Shown here: in pieces, positions 24,393 through 38,200 of the stretch
Numbering within the stretch: position 1 is the first letter of the stretch
How the letters are laid out: each line of letters starts with the position of its first letter
Source of the DNA: Callorhinchus milii
Lineage: Eukaryota
Direction of reading: 5' to 3'
NCBI RefSeq assembly: GCF_018977255.1
Contig: NW_024704743.1
Location: 105,650,001-105,714,000, forward strand
DNA: 64,000 nucleotides
Translations under genes and position numbers: made by a program
Notes under the pieces: model-generated
Told to the model about the DNA's origin: nothing
Database searches by the model: none
Seen by the model: only the letters and a program-made list of their open reading frames with translations

Positions 24393-27300
24393 ACTTAATT
24401 AACAATGTCTAACATGCACTTTGCTCAAACTATATATAGCTTAGTGCTGCTGTAGAGATTTTTTTNAGTGACAGGCAGGACTGCTAAGAAGATTATATTA
24501 AAATGAGACAAGGCTGGAGCGATGTACTTATAGCCTTTATATTTAGATTCTTTACAAAGGCTATAAGTATCAGTGTTCTTTTTCCAGAGCCATTTATAGG
24601 TTTGCATGGAAATCTGGTTATAATAGAACAGAAATATTTTTTCTCTGAATGCATTTGAATTTTAAACCAGCATGAGGCCAAAACATCACGTCTTTGTAGC
24701 CTTCAGCATGCGTTGCCTTTGCATACATGAGGCTGAAGGGTGTAGAGGGATATGGGAGGGAGGAATAGAGAAAAGGAATTAGAATGGATGGAGCTTCAAG
24801 TAGGATATATATACAGGGACAGACTAGGTGGCCAAATGCCTTGTGCTGCAGTTTATATAATTCTATGTAAGGTTGGAAAATTCTTTAATTCGGTCTTAAT
24901 TTTGCAGCCGATTTTCTGCTTCAGTTATGCTTATCCCCGGTGATGAATCTGAGGTGACATTTCTCGATGTGTATTAAATGCCACTATGGCTCGTGATCAG
25001 TCAGGAAAACATTTAGCAAACAGAGATCACTTTGAAGCACTACTTTGGGAGTAGGATTGTAATCTCAAGCATTCTGAGATGTTACCCTGCGTGAAGGACA
25101 AGACATAAATACAAATTGTTGGGTGACTTTGCTGTCATAAATTAGAAAGTGCCTGGAATTGAAAAAAATAATGATGCTAGAAATTTGAAAAAAATGCACC
25201 TGATTTTTGAGTGAACCGATGCCAAATTAGGGGAACAGAGGAGAGTAATGTTTAAAAAAATGCATGCAGTAATACAATAATAATCCTTGCATGCATTTGA
25301 TATAGCACCTTACCATGTCAACATGATGATAATAATAATAATAATCCTTGCATTTGACGTCAATGCCTCATCACGTCATTGAGACTTCTCAAAGCACTTC
25401 ACAGTATATACTATGAATACAGTATATACTTGACTGTATATTTTGTGGGCAAAATACGGCATCCAGTTGCACAGCAATGTCCCACAAACAGTCATGGATT
25501 CAGGGACCAATTTTATTTGGGGGACTGTTGGTCAGGACACTGGGAGAAACTCCACTCTCTTTTTGAATAATGCCAATGGATGTTTAACGTTCATGTGAAC
25601 AGGCAATCAGGAGCTCCCTTTAAGTTCTCATCAAAGGACATCACATCCAACAATACGGATGAGGCATGTTCAGAGAGGACCTCAGGTGAATTGAAGCATG
25701 AACATAGGCATGTTCAAAGAGATTGGATTTCAGGTGGAATGTAAATACAAAAAGGGCGAGGATGAGAAGGAGTGGTAGAGGAAGGGAGTTCTAGAGGTTA
25801 GGGGTAACGGAACTGAAAGATCAACCATCGGTGACGCAGAGAGGACGGGGTCACAAAGCAAGCCCGAGTTAGCTGAGCAGAGGGAGTGGGTGGAGGAATT
25901 GGTTAGGAAGATCAGAGAGATAAGGAGGTGTTATGGAATGGATGCATTTCTAGGTGAAGGTGAGGACACTGAAATCGATTCACTGGGAGACAGAAAGACA
26001 ATGGTAGACTAGCAAGGACTGGGCCGACGCATGTTCGTAATTTGGTGTGGAAGGATTAAAGGATAATTTTGGTGGGTTTTCTTTGTAGCATCTACTCAAT
26101 AATTGGGTTATTTCTAACAATGAAGCAGTGGAGAGCCACACATCTCCTGTCAGCACTATGACATTGCACATCCTACTTAGGCTTTTGTGAATTCTCATAA
26201 CCAGTCAGACAGCCAGGGCTAAGACCTGAGGCTACAGAGATGCCAGAATTGTCAATTCTATGTTAGAGGAAATGGAGTTTGGACCTCAGGTGAATTGACG
26301 TTTAAGACTAAGAATGCTACCACATGCTGGCACTATGAACTGTTTAAAGTGTATTTAAGAATCAAATTTCACTTCTAGTTGTATTGGCACTGGCAAGAAT
26401 CGTGAAATATGAAAGTATTGGTAAATGCAGTTGGCAATCCTATACTTGTGTACATTCCTTAGAATAAGCCTCAGAGGAAAAGAGTTTTTAATTCTGAGTT
26501 GCCATCTAGTTTAATGGGATTAAAAGCAGTTGTGGGATACCAGCTGTCAAGTAAAGACTGAATTTCAGACCTCTACGTTCCAAAAGTTCTCATGTCCTTA
26601 TATTCAAGGTGATTGTCTTAAAAACAAACTTAAGGTTGTGAAGGTATTTTTGTGGCTTTTTGGATGCTGAGAAAACTTGACTTCCAATTAAAAATGAATT
26701 TCTAATAATGTTAATAATCTTTGCATTTGATATAGTACCTTATCATGTCATCAAGATGCCTCAAAGTGCTTTACAGAATAAAGTGGTGTGACTGTGTGTA
26801 TTTTGTGGGGGAACGCAGCAGTTCATTTATGCACAGCAATGTCCTGCAAATACAAACAAACAAACAAAATTACATTTGTATAGCACCTTTCTCATTTGGG
26901 AGGATGTCCCAAGGTGCTGACAAAAAGTCATGGAATAAGTGACAAATTTTATTTGGGGATTTGTTGGCCAGGACACCGGGAGAAACTCCCTTCTCTTTTT
27001 GAATAGTGCCATGGGATCATTAACCTCTACCTGAACAGGCAGACAGACCTCAGTTTAACATCTAATTCAAAGGACAGTACCTCTGACAATGCAATGCTCC
27101 CCCGTCACTGCATTGACTTCAGTGTCCAAAATTCACAATTTAAGATTTCAGTTGTTGAAAAGCTTTACCCTAATCTCATAATAATAATAATTCTTGCATT
27201 TGTTATAGTGCCTCTCACATCAGGAGTCCATTCGAAAGCGCTTCACAGGATTTACTGTGGAAGTGTAGTGACTGTGTATCTGTAGGCAGATTTCCTTAGT

Positions 27301-27899
27301 GAAAGAGTTCAAATTGAAAGGACAAGTCAGTTTGGTATTGTCAGGAGATGGGAAAACTGCTTTATTACATGTAGGCATGAAGCCTGTCTGCTTCAACAGG
27401 ACTTTTCCTTGCATTCCAGGGGCAGCTGTCTCCAGCTTGTTCCAATAACCATAAAGGTCACACAGTCTGATTGTGCACCTTGACAATATGGCTGTTTACA
27501 TTGTACTGTATGTTCATGGTCTGACATTGAAAGGGGACAGTCCCTGAATTGAATTAATTTCCTACTGAATAAAATAGGATAGAAAACCTGTGACGGGTCT
27601 GATGAACACTAATGAACATTTAGTCAAAATAATCACCCAAAGCTGTTTAGTAACAATATTATTTGAAAATGCCACCATATTTTAAATGGGTAGAATGAAT
27701 AAGTTCCTTCACAAATCTTGGTAATAGAGAGTTTGATGGAAGTTTTAAATTACCCAGAAGAGAATAGGTTCATCTCAATTATACACAGAAAAAATATTTC
27801 TCTGCTTGATAGCACCAACTTTATGAACAAAGTATTCGGTGTGGATAATTAGTGGCACTTCCCAGCTCCCTGCATGAACACTGTTACCTACCAGTAACT

Positions 27900-28302
27900 A
27901 GATTATAATACAATAACGATCCTTTCATTTGATATAGCACCTTATCACATCTTCAAGATGTCTCAAAGCACTTCACAGAATATACTGAAAAGTGAAGTGT
28001 ATTTTGTGGGCGAAACGTGGCAGTCAATTGCGCACAGCAACATATTTTTTATTTGGCAGGTTAACAGCGGAAGCATGCTGTTGGCAATTCTGCAACCCAT
28101 AAAATATATTGAGGAATAATAATAATAATAATCCATGCATTTGATATAGCGCTTTTCACGTCGGGAGGACATCCCAAAGCGCTTCACAGAACACACTGTA
28201 AAGTGAATTGACTGTATATTTGTGGGCGAACGCGGCAGCCAATTGCGCACAGCAATGTCCCACAAACAGTCGTGGAGTGAGTGACCAAATTATTATTATT
28301 AT
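27900..28302 (-). mobile_element. Older SINE interrupted by a copy of 8581-8813
   Basis: Host SINE runs to CGCACAGCAA, then the duplicated segment, then resumes with a host-type GAGTGACCAAATT sequence. Confidence 0.8.
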
Positions 28303-28310
28303 TAACATCT

Positions 28311-30755
28311 CATAACAACATAAGAATTAGGAGCAGGAGTAGGCCATTCGGCCCCTCGAGCCTGCCCCACCATTCGATAAGATCATGGCTGATCTTCAGA
28401 CCTCACTCTAATTACCCGCCCTATCCCCATATCCCCTAATCCCTCTATTTTTAAAAAATCTATCAGCCTCAGCCTTGAAGATGTTCAAGGACTGAGCATC
28501 TACAGCATTCTGGGGTAGTGAATTCCATAAATTCACTACCCTCTGAGTGAAGAAATGTTTCCTCAACTCTGTTCTAAAAGGCTGACCCTTAATTTTAAGA
28601 CTGTGACCCCTGGTTATAGATTCTCCTACCAGGGGAAACAGACCCTCAGTGTCTACTTTATCCAGCTCTTTAAGAATCTTATATGTTTCAATAAGATCTC
28701 CCCTAATTCTTCTGTACTCTAGAGAATACAGCCCTAGTTTATTCAGCCTATCCTTATAGGTCAGTCCCCTCATCCCAGGAACCAACCGAGTGAATCTACG
28801 CTGCACCCCCTCCAGAGCAAGTATGTCCTTTTTTAAATAAGGAGACCAAAACTGCACACAATACTCTAGGTGCGGTCTCACCAAGGCCCTATACAGTTGC
28901 AGCAAGACTTCCTTACTCTTGTACTCTAAGCACTCTACATGTGGAGTCCTGTAGCTCAGTGATTAGAGCACTCGCTTTGCAAGCGAGAAACCTGAGTTCA
29001 ATTCCAGGCAGAGCGAAACCTTGGACCAGTTTCCTTACTCCACACGCTTAATAATAATCCCTCCAAAACCAAAAACAATAATAAATTGGTCATTTTCAAT
29101 CTACGACTGTTTGTGGGACATTGCTGTGTGCAATTGGCTGCCGCGTTCGCCCACAAATATACAGTCAATTCACTTTACAGTGTGTTCTGTGAAGCGCTTT
29201 GGGACGTCCTCCCGACGTGAAAAGCGCTATATCAAATGCAAGGATTATTATTATTATTACTAAACCTTTTGCAATGAACGCTAACATGCTGTTCGCCTTC
29301 TTAGTTGCTTGCTGCACCTGCAAACTAACTTTTTGAGACTGGTGTACAAGGACACCCAAATCCCTCTGAACACTAACACTATCTAATCTCTCCCCTCTAG
29401 AAAATAATCTGTTTTTCTATTTTTTCTACCTAGGGGAATAACTTCACACTTCCCCGCATTAAATTCCATCTGCCACCTACTCGCCCACTCCCCTAGCCTA
29501 TCTATATCCCGTTGCAATCTTTTTCCATGATCCTCAGAGCTTACTCTCCCACCTAGTTTAGTGTCATCTGCGAATTTAGATACGTTACATTCAATGTTCT
29601 TGTCTAGATCATTGATGTAAATTGTAAATAGCTGAGGCCCAAGCACTGATCCTTGTGGCACTCCACTAGTCACATCCTGCCAATTCGAGAATGACCCGTT
29701 TATCCCTACTCTCTGTTTTCTACCCGTTAGCCACTCTTCAATCCATGCTAATATGTTCCCATTAATCCCGTGGGCCTTAACCTTGTGCAATAGCCTTTTG
29801 TGTGGCACTTTGTCAAATGCCTTTTTAAAATCTAAATATACTACATCTACTGGTTCCCCCCTATCTAACCTGCTAGATACATCTTCAAAAAACTCTAAAA
29901 GATTAGTTAAGCATGACTTCCCTTTTGTAAAGCCATGTTGACTGCCTAATCTTGTTATGGTCTTCCAGGAATCCCATAACGACATCCTTAATTAAGGACT
30001 CAAGAATTTTCCCTACCACTGATGTCAGACTAACTGGTCTATAGTTCCCCATCTTTTCTCTCCCACCCTTCTTAAATAGTGGTGTTACGTTTGCAATCTT
30101 CCAATCAATGGGAACCGTTCCAGAATCCAGAGAATTTTGGAAGATCAAAGACAAGCCATCCACTATCTCAGTAACCACCTCTTTTAAAACCCTAGGATGT
30201 AGGCCATCAGGTCCAGGAGATTTATCAGTTTTAAGACCTGAGAATTTACCTAAATCCATTTGTTTACTAATATTAATTCCCCAAGTTGCTCGCTAACATT
30301 GTCTTCTTGGTTCCCCTCTATTCTTGGTAGGTTTTCAGTGTCTTCTAAGGTGAAGACAGTAGCAAAGTACTTGTTTAATGACTCTGCCATGTCTTTGTCC
30401 CCTACTATAATTCCCCCGTCTCTGCCTGTAGCGGACCCACATTTACCTTTGACAGCCTCTTCCTCTTTATATATTTATAAAAACTCTTGCAGTCTGTCTT
30501 TATGTTCCTCGCTAGTTTGCCCTCATATTCCATTTTCTCCCTCTTAATCACTTTTTTGGTTCTCCTTTGTTGATCCCTAAAGTTCTCCCAATCCTTGGGT
30601 TTACTACTCATTTTAGCTGTTTTATAGACTTCTTCCTTTAACTTTATACTTTCCCTAACTGCTCTAGTTAGCCATGGTTGGGCCACCTTTCCCATGGCAT
30701 TTTTATTCCTCAAAGGAATACGTGCTCGCTGGGAATTTTGCACTATCTCTTCGTA
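28311..30755 (-). mobile_element. CR1-clade LINE, 5'-truncated, frameshifted, with a nested SINE
   Basis: ORF2 pieces: KSPGPDGLHPRVLKE, NYRPVSLTS, QHGFTKGKSCLTNL, YLDFKKAFDKVPH, GVPQGSVLGP, SKFADDTKL, LVRPHLEYCVQFWSP, FFTQRVVNLWNSLP. CR1-type CATAAGAA tail. Confidence 0.95.
28943..29259 (+). mobile_element. Full-length young SINE inserted into the CR1
   Basis: Head, body and tail intact. CTAA at 28926-28929 and 29260-29263 is a possible target-site duplication. Confidence 0.93.
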
Positions 30756-30882
30756 GATTGGGACAAGACTATTACTTCTTCGGTTTATGGTATTATTTGT
30801 AGCTGTGCCTAATACAGGTGGTATTAGGAAGTTATTTTTCACAGTTACATTCCCAGGTCCCAAAGGCCTACATAGACTGGAA

Positions 30883-31260
30883 TAGCTCAGTGCTTCATGC
30901 TCCTGCCTCTGGGTCAAAAGGTTGTGGATTTATTTAAGCTACCCATCGGGACTTAAGTTTACAGTCTAGACTGACAATGCAGCACTCCAGTCAGGAGCAC
31001 TGCATAGTCAAAATCAACCTTTGAATGACATGTTAAACCAATATCCGGTCTGCCAGATTAATGTTAAATATCCCATGACACTGTTTGGAAAAGGCAGGGA
31101 AAGTTCTCCCAGTATTCTCACCGCCATTGCTCCAGATAAACTGGTCCTTTTCCCCGTGGCCCTTATGCGCAAATTGGCTGCACTTAAAGAAATAATAATC
31201 CTTTTACTTTATATATATGATATAAGACCTATAAAATATCTCAAAATGCTTAAAGTGTAG
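30883..31260 (+). mobile_element. Old Deu-type SINE, degraded
   Basis: TAGCTCAG head, CTAGACTGAC...ATGTTAAACC...GTTAAATATCCCATGACACTGTTT core. Confidence 0.55.
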
Positions 31261-32449
31261 TCACTGCGAATTTGTAGGCAAATAGGGGATCCAATTTGCG
31301 CACAGCAATGTTGCACAAAGAGCCATGAAGTGAATTTTATCTCTTTTAATTTATAACTGGAGGATTAAATTGTGGAAAAAATTGCGTCAAGGGATCTTTG
31401 ACATCCACTTGAACAGAAAGAGACCTTGTTTTTCTGCATCATTCAAAGTCAGGATCTCCAACACCTTTCACAGTGATACTAGTGAAGCACTTTAAGACAT
31501 TTCTACTTGACAAAGTGCTATAAAAATACAGGTTCTTTCTTTCAAACGGGTATGAGATTAAAGTGAAACATCAATTGAACATAAAGTCAATTGGCACAGG
31601 AATACCAACTTGCATTTATATATGCCCTTCATGCCGGGTAGCGTCTCAGAGCACTTAGTAATAATATAAGCACTCAATTCACTGTTAACTTTAGTAAGGT
31701 TTTAATGCACCTGATTTTCAGATACCAATTAGTGGGGTGGCATTGAAGATATTTTTTGGTAGCAATTTATATAAAGAATTGACAAGTCTGACAAGTGGAC
31801 ATCTGTGCTACAGGCCATTGTGAAAGAGCATCGGCATCACATCTCCATGAGGACTGCAAAGGTCAACATTTAGTGCAGGCTAGCTTAAGAAGACAAGAAT
31901 CAGGGAGACTTTTCTGACATGATCATAGCACAAGAAGCTAATGTCAGCATAACTCAGTGCTACGCATTTTGTTTAAAAAAAAACTGGAAAGGGGAGAATT
32001 TGATGGGATGTAAAACTTTCAGCCTCATGCAACCTGGACAACTTTTAATTGGCTTTCTCTTCAGATTTGCAGCTTCAATTTATTTTAATGATTTCCCCAT
32101 TCACACATACAAATTCAGCTCAAAAGCAGAAAGATAAGGATCTCTTTTCGATAAGTGAACCACTTTCAATAGGCATATGGACTGTTAAATAAAAAAATCT
32201 TCTTAAGCAAATCTATTCCAGTACAAACCACAGTAAAGCTTTGCCTTGTAGACATACAAAGGTTTGAATATGACCGAGTGAAACGGATATTGTCCCAGGA
32301 CCGTAGCCTCATGCTATCAACAGTCCAAGAACCAATAAGAGATATAAGAATGAGCTCTTATAGGCTATCTCATGGAAAAAGTATATTGGTACTCAGTTGA
32401 TGCAACATCAATTAATCTGCTCAATCCTTTCAATGCCCTGATTGAACAT

Positions 32450-32800
32450 TACAACAACAACAACTTGGATTTATATAGCGTCCTCCACGTCAGACGGTAT
32501 CTCAGAGCGCTTCACAGTAACGGATCCTGGGGCCGCGCCAGGGGGAAAGGGAAGAAGGTGACCAAAGGCACGGTCGAAAAGATAGGTCTTCAGCCGAGAC
32601 CTGAAAATAGGAAGAGAGGGGACGAGGTGAAGGGAGTGAGGAAGAGAGTTCCAGAGCCTCGGGGTGTAGTGGCTGAAGGCACAGCTGCCGATGGTGGAGC
32701 GGAGGATTCGGGGGACAAGGAGGAGGTCAGACCAGTGGAGCGAAGACAATGGGCACTGTTGTGAGGAGAGAGGAAGTCAGAGAGGTAGGGGGGTGCAGAG
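32450..32800 (-). mobile_element. L2 3' fragment
   Basis: AFSHYTPRLWNSLP...RLKTYLF. Same subfamily tail as the L2 ending at 14027. Confidence 0.88.
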
Positions 32801-32994
32801 GACTTAGTCTCCTAGCCCTACTGTTCCCTCTAGTTTATCAGCTATCTTCATGGAATTCATAGGCTGAAACACATATGATATATGCCTTGGCCACTGACAC
32901 CAGTTTTGCTTTGACTATCTCAAGCACTATTGCTTCCTAGAACACAAGGGTAATTCAAAATCTTCCATCATCATCTCCTTCCTCTGTCATTTTG

Positions 32995-33275
32995 TACACA
33001 GCAATGTCCCACAAACAGCCATGGCATGAATAACAAATTTTATTGGGGAGATTGTTGGCCAGGAGAAACTCCCTTCTCTTCTTGAATAGTGCCATGGGAT
33101 CTTTAGTGTCTACATGAACTGGCAGATGGGGCCTCGGATTAACATCTCATTGGAAAGATGATATGTCCACCAATGCAACCCATGTCCTAGACTATATGAA
33201 CTCAAAGTCCCGGAATGGAGCTTGAATCCATAACATTCTGACTCAGAGGCAAAAGTGCTACCAACTGAGCCGGAC
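32995..33275 (-). mobile_element. Old Deu-type SINE
   Basis: Head GGCTCAGTTGGTAGCACTTTTGCCTCTGAGTCAGAA and core TAAAGATCCCATGGCACTATT. Confidence 0.75.
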
Positions 33276-34736
33276 GGGCACACAAAGTAACAGCAGTGGG
33301 AATTTAATGAGGAGGATGAGATGAAGGTACTTTTACAGATTAATAAAGGTAAAAATCTGGTGTTATTAGTGTATTAACACGGAGGACCAGTATGACACTG
33401 ACTGACTCCATTGGGAGCAGTTATTCATGTGCGTAGTAAAGCTGTCTCCAATCTAATCACAACACAGATCAGTTCCACGAAGAAATCAGAAGGTTAGAGA
33501 GTATGGTATTACCATTATGCATGCTGCCAGCTGCCGAAATAGATACTTGTTTTTTTTTGTTGGAGAACCCAGATATAAGGGGCTGATCAGAAGATAAAAG
33601 CACACATGAGTGAGAAGCAAAACGCTAGCCCCTGTCAATATATTTTTACTTTTAAGTGAAAGACTTAAATACATAAATACAAGTTGATATTAAGTTGTAT
33701 TTAGATCTGTAGATCCATTTGAGACAGGTGGACGTGCATGCACTTTAAGCTTTGCACAGTAGCATTTGTGTGTCATGAACGAATTATATCTTTTGTAAAA
33801 TATGTTTCCTTTATAACTCACAGATTCCTTTTATGCACCATCCAACAATTCTTTGAACCTACATTAACATTGCTGAAATTAAAGTATATTCTAGTCATCC
33901 AGTTTTCGCAGCATGAAATCCGTAAACAGAAGTATTACTACGAGAGACCTAAAGTCACACTCAAGGACCATTCAGATTTGAGAAAATGGGTTTTGTTTTC
34001 TTTTTAATACTTGTGATTCATATTCTAATGTTTCATTAACAGTTATAACAATTCCATCGAATCATACATCTAACTTAAGATGATTTTTAAAACACAAACA
34101 GTGTGTTAAAATTGCATTATTATTAGCATTATTAATAATAAACAAGTTTTGAAAAATCCAAGTTATACCATTTCGAGGCACATGAAAAAATTCATATTAA
34201 TTTTGGGGGAGAATCGAAGCAGTACAATAAATCATTGCTATTGTTCCTGTAACATCTGTAGGAATTGTATCATTGATTGCAGTACATTGCAACAGTAGTG
34301 AGTTGAAAATAAACATAAAAGTAAAACGAAATTGTTCAATAAGAGTTGAACTCTTCTCTTCAGGAAACACACTTATCCAGTGATTTGTCTCTCGGTGTGT
34401 ACTGTGAGTATTATCGCGCCTTTCTTTAATTATACAATACAAGCTACATGTATATCGTGTCTTATGTCGGGAGAATGTCCAAATGTGTTTTGAGCTGCTG
34501 GCTGGGCACCCGAGCTGGGGAAGTGAAAGATGGCCAAAAACGCAGTCAAAGAGGTAAGTCTTGAGGTGGGCTTTGATGATGGGGAAAATGTTCAAAATGC
34601 TCAATTAAATCATGAAACATCGCACATCTTTTTGAGGTTGGCAGAATTATAAATCCTTTTAGACTTTCAAACGGCAATATACGTTGCTGTACGGTTTCAG
34701 CATCCTGCAACAATACTAATCCAAATTGTAGTAACG

Positions 34737-34756
34737 CAGTGCCACCTCCTGGCAAA
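34737..34756 (-). promoter_or_regulatory. Candidate CTCF site
   Basis: Minus strand TTGCCAGGAGGTGGCACTG is close to the CTCF core CCASYAGRKGGCRC (one mismatch). Confidence 0.5.
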
Positions 34757-34953
34757 GTGGGGCAGGTGTATTTGGCAAATGCATTCGAATACTGTATCTG
34801 TGATCCAGCTGGAACTCTAATCTCATTTGGTGCAATGTTTATCGTAAATAAATAATCCAAGCAATATATTCAGGTGAAATGTTTCATCTCAATGTACCAG
34901 TGTATGTCTCGAAGATGTGATAAGACGCTATATCTATGAAGCTATATACCTAT

Positions 34954-35270
34954 GGAGTCCTGCAGCTCAGTGGTTAGAGCACTCACCTTGCAAGCGAGAC
35001 ACCTGGGTTCAATTCCAGGCAAGGCAAAACCTTGGGCAAGTTTCCTTACTCCACACGCCTAATAATAATCCCTCCAAAAAAAAACAATAATAAGTTGGTC
35101 ATTTTCAATCCACGACTGTTTGTGGGACACTGTTGTGCGCAATTCGCTGCCGCGTTTCGCCCAGAAATATACAGTCAATTCACTTTACAACACATCCAAA
35201 GCGCTTTGAGACATCTAGAAAACGTGAAAAGCGCTATATCAAATGCAAGGATTAATATTGTATTATTATT
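34954..35270 (+). mobile_element. Full-length young SINE (CTTGCAA-loop variant)
   Basis: Head GGAGTCCTGCAGCTCAGTGGTTAGAGC, B box, body and tail. Confidence 0.92.
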
Positions 35271-38200
35271 ATGTCAAACGCAAGTATTATTATTAAAATG
35301 CAATACTCTTCATTACGCAACTTGATCACAAGTATCCAACCCTGCCAACCCTGCGCTCCGAAACACTATCCTGGGTGAAAGGAGCTATATGAAAGTTGTA
35401 TTTGTTTCACTTCCCACCCTGTGATTTTCAGTTTCTTTATGTTAATAATAATTGCATTTGATAAAGTGCCTTTCAAGTGGGGAGGTCATCTCAAAATGCT
35501 TCATAGGATTTACTATAAAGTGTAGTGACTATATATTTAGTGGCAGACAATTTGCACCCAGCAATGTCCCACAAACAGCCATGAAGTGAATGTCCAATTT
35601 TATTTGGGGATTGTTGGCCAGGAAGTTAAGAGAATCTCCCTTGGCTTTTTGAATAGGTCCGCGGGATCTTTAATGTCCACCTGAGCAGGCAGATGGGATC
35701 TCAAGGTAAGAATGTTAGCAACTGAGCCAGGCTGACATGTGTTTTCTTTCAGTAACAGCTCATTATCACGTTACTCTTTTAATATTTGTTCTGACGCCTG
35801 TTTTTTTTTAGAGTTGAACTGATTCAGACACACCTGCTGTTGAATAGTACTGCATGTTCTGTCAGCATCTGCTTTTATAAGATTTCAATGTTATTTCCTA
35901 TTACACTTAAAATCTAATTTGAATTCAGCAAGTGTTTTCGCGAAGCCATGTTATTCTTAAGCACTGAGCCATCATTGGTATTGCTAATAAACATTTAAAT
36001 AATGTCCAAAATATTTAACAGGGCCAGAGACAGCTGCTGAATAATTGAGTATCATATTGGGATTGATTCGCAATTAATCCAAACCATTGTACATACTGTG
36101 ATGTAATAAACAGGTGCTACTGTAGGATGGATGAATGCACAAGGAATTCTTAATAAGGGAAATAACCATTTCAGCGCGCTTGATGTAAATATCATTCTGC
36201 TCATCATCCATCCCTTAAAGTTGATTTTTTTTTCTTAAAAGATAAACAGTTTGAGACGTGATTTGGATTTCTTTATGAGATTGCACAATAATAATAATAT
36301 TATAATAATAATCCTTATATTTGATATAGCGTTTTTGATGTCGGGAAGACATTTCCGAGTAATTCTCAGTTAGGAACTCCCACATATCTGACGTGAAAGG
36401 CATTATACAAATGTAATTTTGTTGTTATTGTAGATCACATGGACATAGAGTTCCCATTAGTCGAAATGACATATTTCTTGTTGCTGGATGGGTTCCGATT
36501 TGATTTCTTATTTAGAATCTATTAAGAAATACATGTTAGGTAACAACATCTTCATAATTAGGTAATGTCCATAATCCCCTAAATCACAACTAAAGAAAAT
36601 TCTCTTTTTCACAAAGAGATGAGAGGGAAATTAACAGCAGATTGCTTTCTAAAGAGATTTTACTCTTTAAAGATTCTCCAGAAATAATAAGGTGTATTTG
36701 CTTTGCTCGCGGCATTATCACAACAGAAAAGCTATTTGTTTTAGTTAGCTAGCAGTGAAAGGCAAGCCTGTGTTATACTGTGAAATCCTGAACAAATATA
36801 ATAATGAAACTCAAAATCAAATATTTTTTAAAAGATTTACTTCAAGATTCTGATCCCCAAATCAGTTTGTGGTGGTGGTGGGGGTGATTATTCCATCTTG
36901 AAGACGTAAAACATTGCAGTGCAAATTGCAATATAATTATCACTCGTGAAATTAACCCATCACAGAAAATTCAGGCAAACTGTATGTGCTGGGATTTGAA
37001 CCCATGGCCTATTTTTCCCGCAATCAGACATCAATTTGGGAAGAAAAGGGAGTGTGGGAGTGTGTGGGAAAGATAATTCATCCTAGGGTTGAAATTGGTC
37101 CAATGAGTATGACCAGCTCGTCAATGAGCTTTGATGTCTTTAACAATGTGAATTAACTTAATGCCCAATTATCTTAAGCATGATTCAATTTTTTTTAATG
37201 GTTAACAGAAATGATCAAATAGAAACTCTACTGAAAATATTTATCGGTTGTTGGCAAATTATAGTGATATGGCTAATCTATATATATAGCTTATTCCAAG
37301 CCCTAAATGTGTACCCCATAATAGCACAAACCCATTTTCCATTAGGTTTTCTAGTACATGATCAAAAAGTATTTTCAATAAATTCAGTATCTTAAGATGG
37401 AATTAAAAATTAAAAAATTTTAAAATTAAAAAGGTTTCAGTGTGATAGAAAGTGGCTTCTATGTCAGTATTGTAACCTCTAAGCATTTTTTGTCAGAGTT
37501 GCAATGTTCAAAAGGCTAGCCAATGAGTTAGACATTCTACTGAATCGAAATTGAAATGCAAGGAGACATCTAACATGAAATTGGGGCAAATGTGTGATTT
37601 CTGCTGTGATAATTACCACTCGTAATATTATAACCAATGATAATTATCACATGCATTAAAAATGCTGTTAAAACCTATCCTTCGTGGCAGGTTTGAGAAT
37701 AAACATTGCTCAAGTACTTGGCTGTATCAAGATACAGCTACTTGGTATTTGAACTAAAAGCCAAAATAAACTTTGAATGGATTCTGTGCACAATACTTTC
37801 ACAGTGTAAATAATGCCCAATCTGCCTGTTCAGGTGGACGTTAAAGATTCTACAGCACTATTTGAAAAGAGAAGTGAGTTTCTCTAGGTGTCCTGGCCAA
37901 CAGTCCTCTTGATAAACTTGATCATTCATAAGAACATAGGAACTCCTTAACAAAAAAAGACCAAGGTCCATCTAGTTCACCTTCATCTTACTGGGAGTCA
38001 CAAAGAATTTACGTTATGGCTGATAGTAAAACACTGCTGTGTCAAATTTTCTGTCGCATTCATTTACAAATGCAGTCACAGCGATTTACAATATATCTTT
38101 TGAAACACTTTGAGATCTTTTCATGGCATAATAAAACACTGGTAGTAGTTCAGAGAAGAGCATCAATGATGATATAAGAGTAAGAACTCTTAAATAATGA

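Noticed and set aside
14196..24466. Single N bases at 14196 and 24466
   Set aside because: Both follow poly-T runs; assembly ambiguity rather than biology.
28943..29015. tRNA-Ala(TGC)-like gene
   Set aside because: It is the SINE head: no convincing acceptor stem, and it continues into the SINE body and tail.
35952..35963. 12-nt match to the miR-137 reverse complement
   Set aside because: The seed end mismatches and there is no precursor hairpin.
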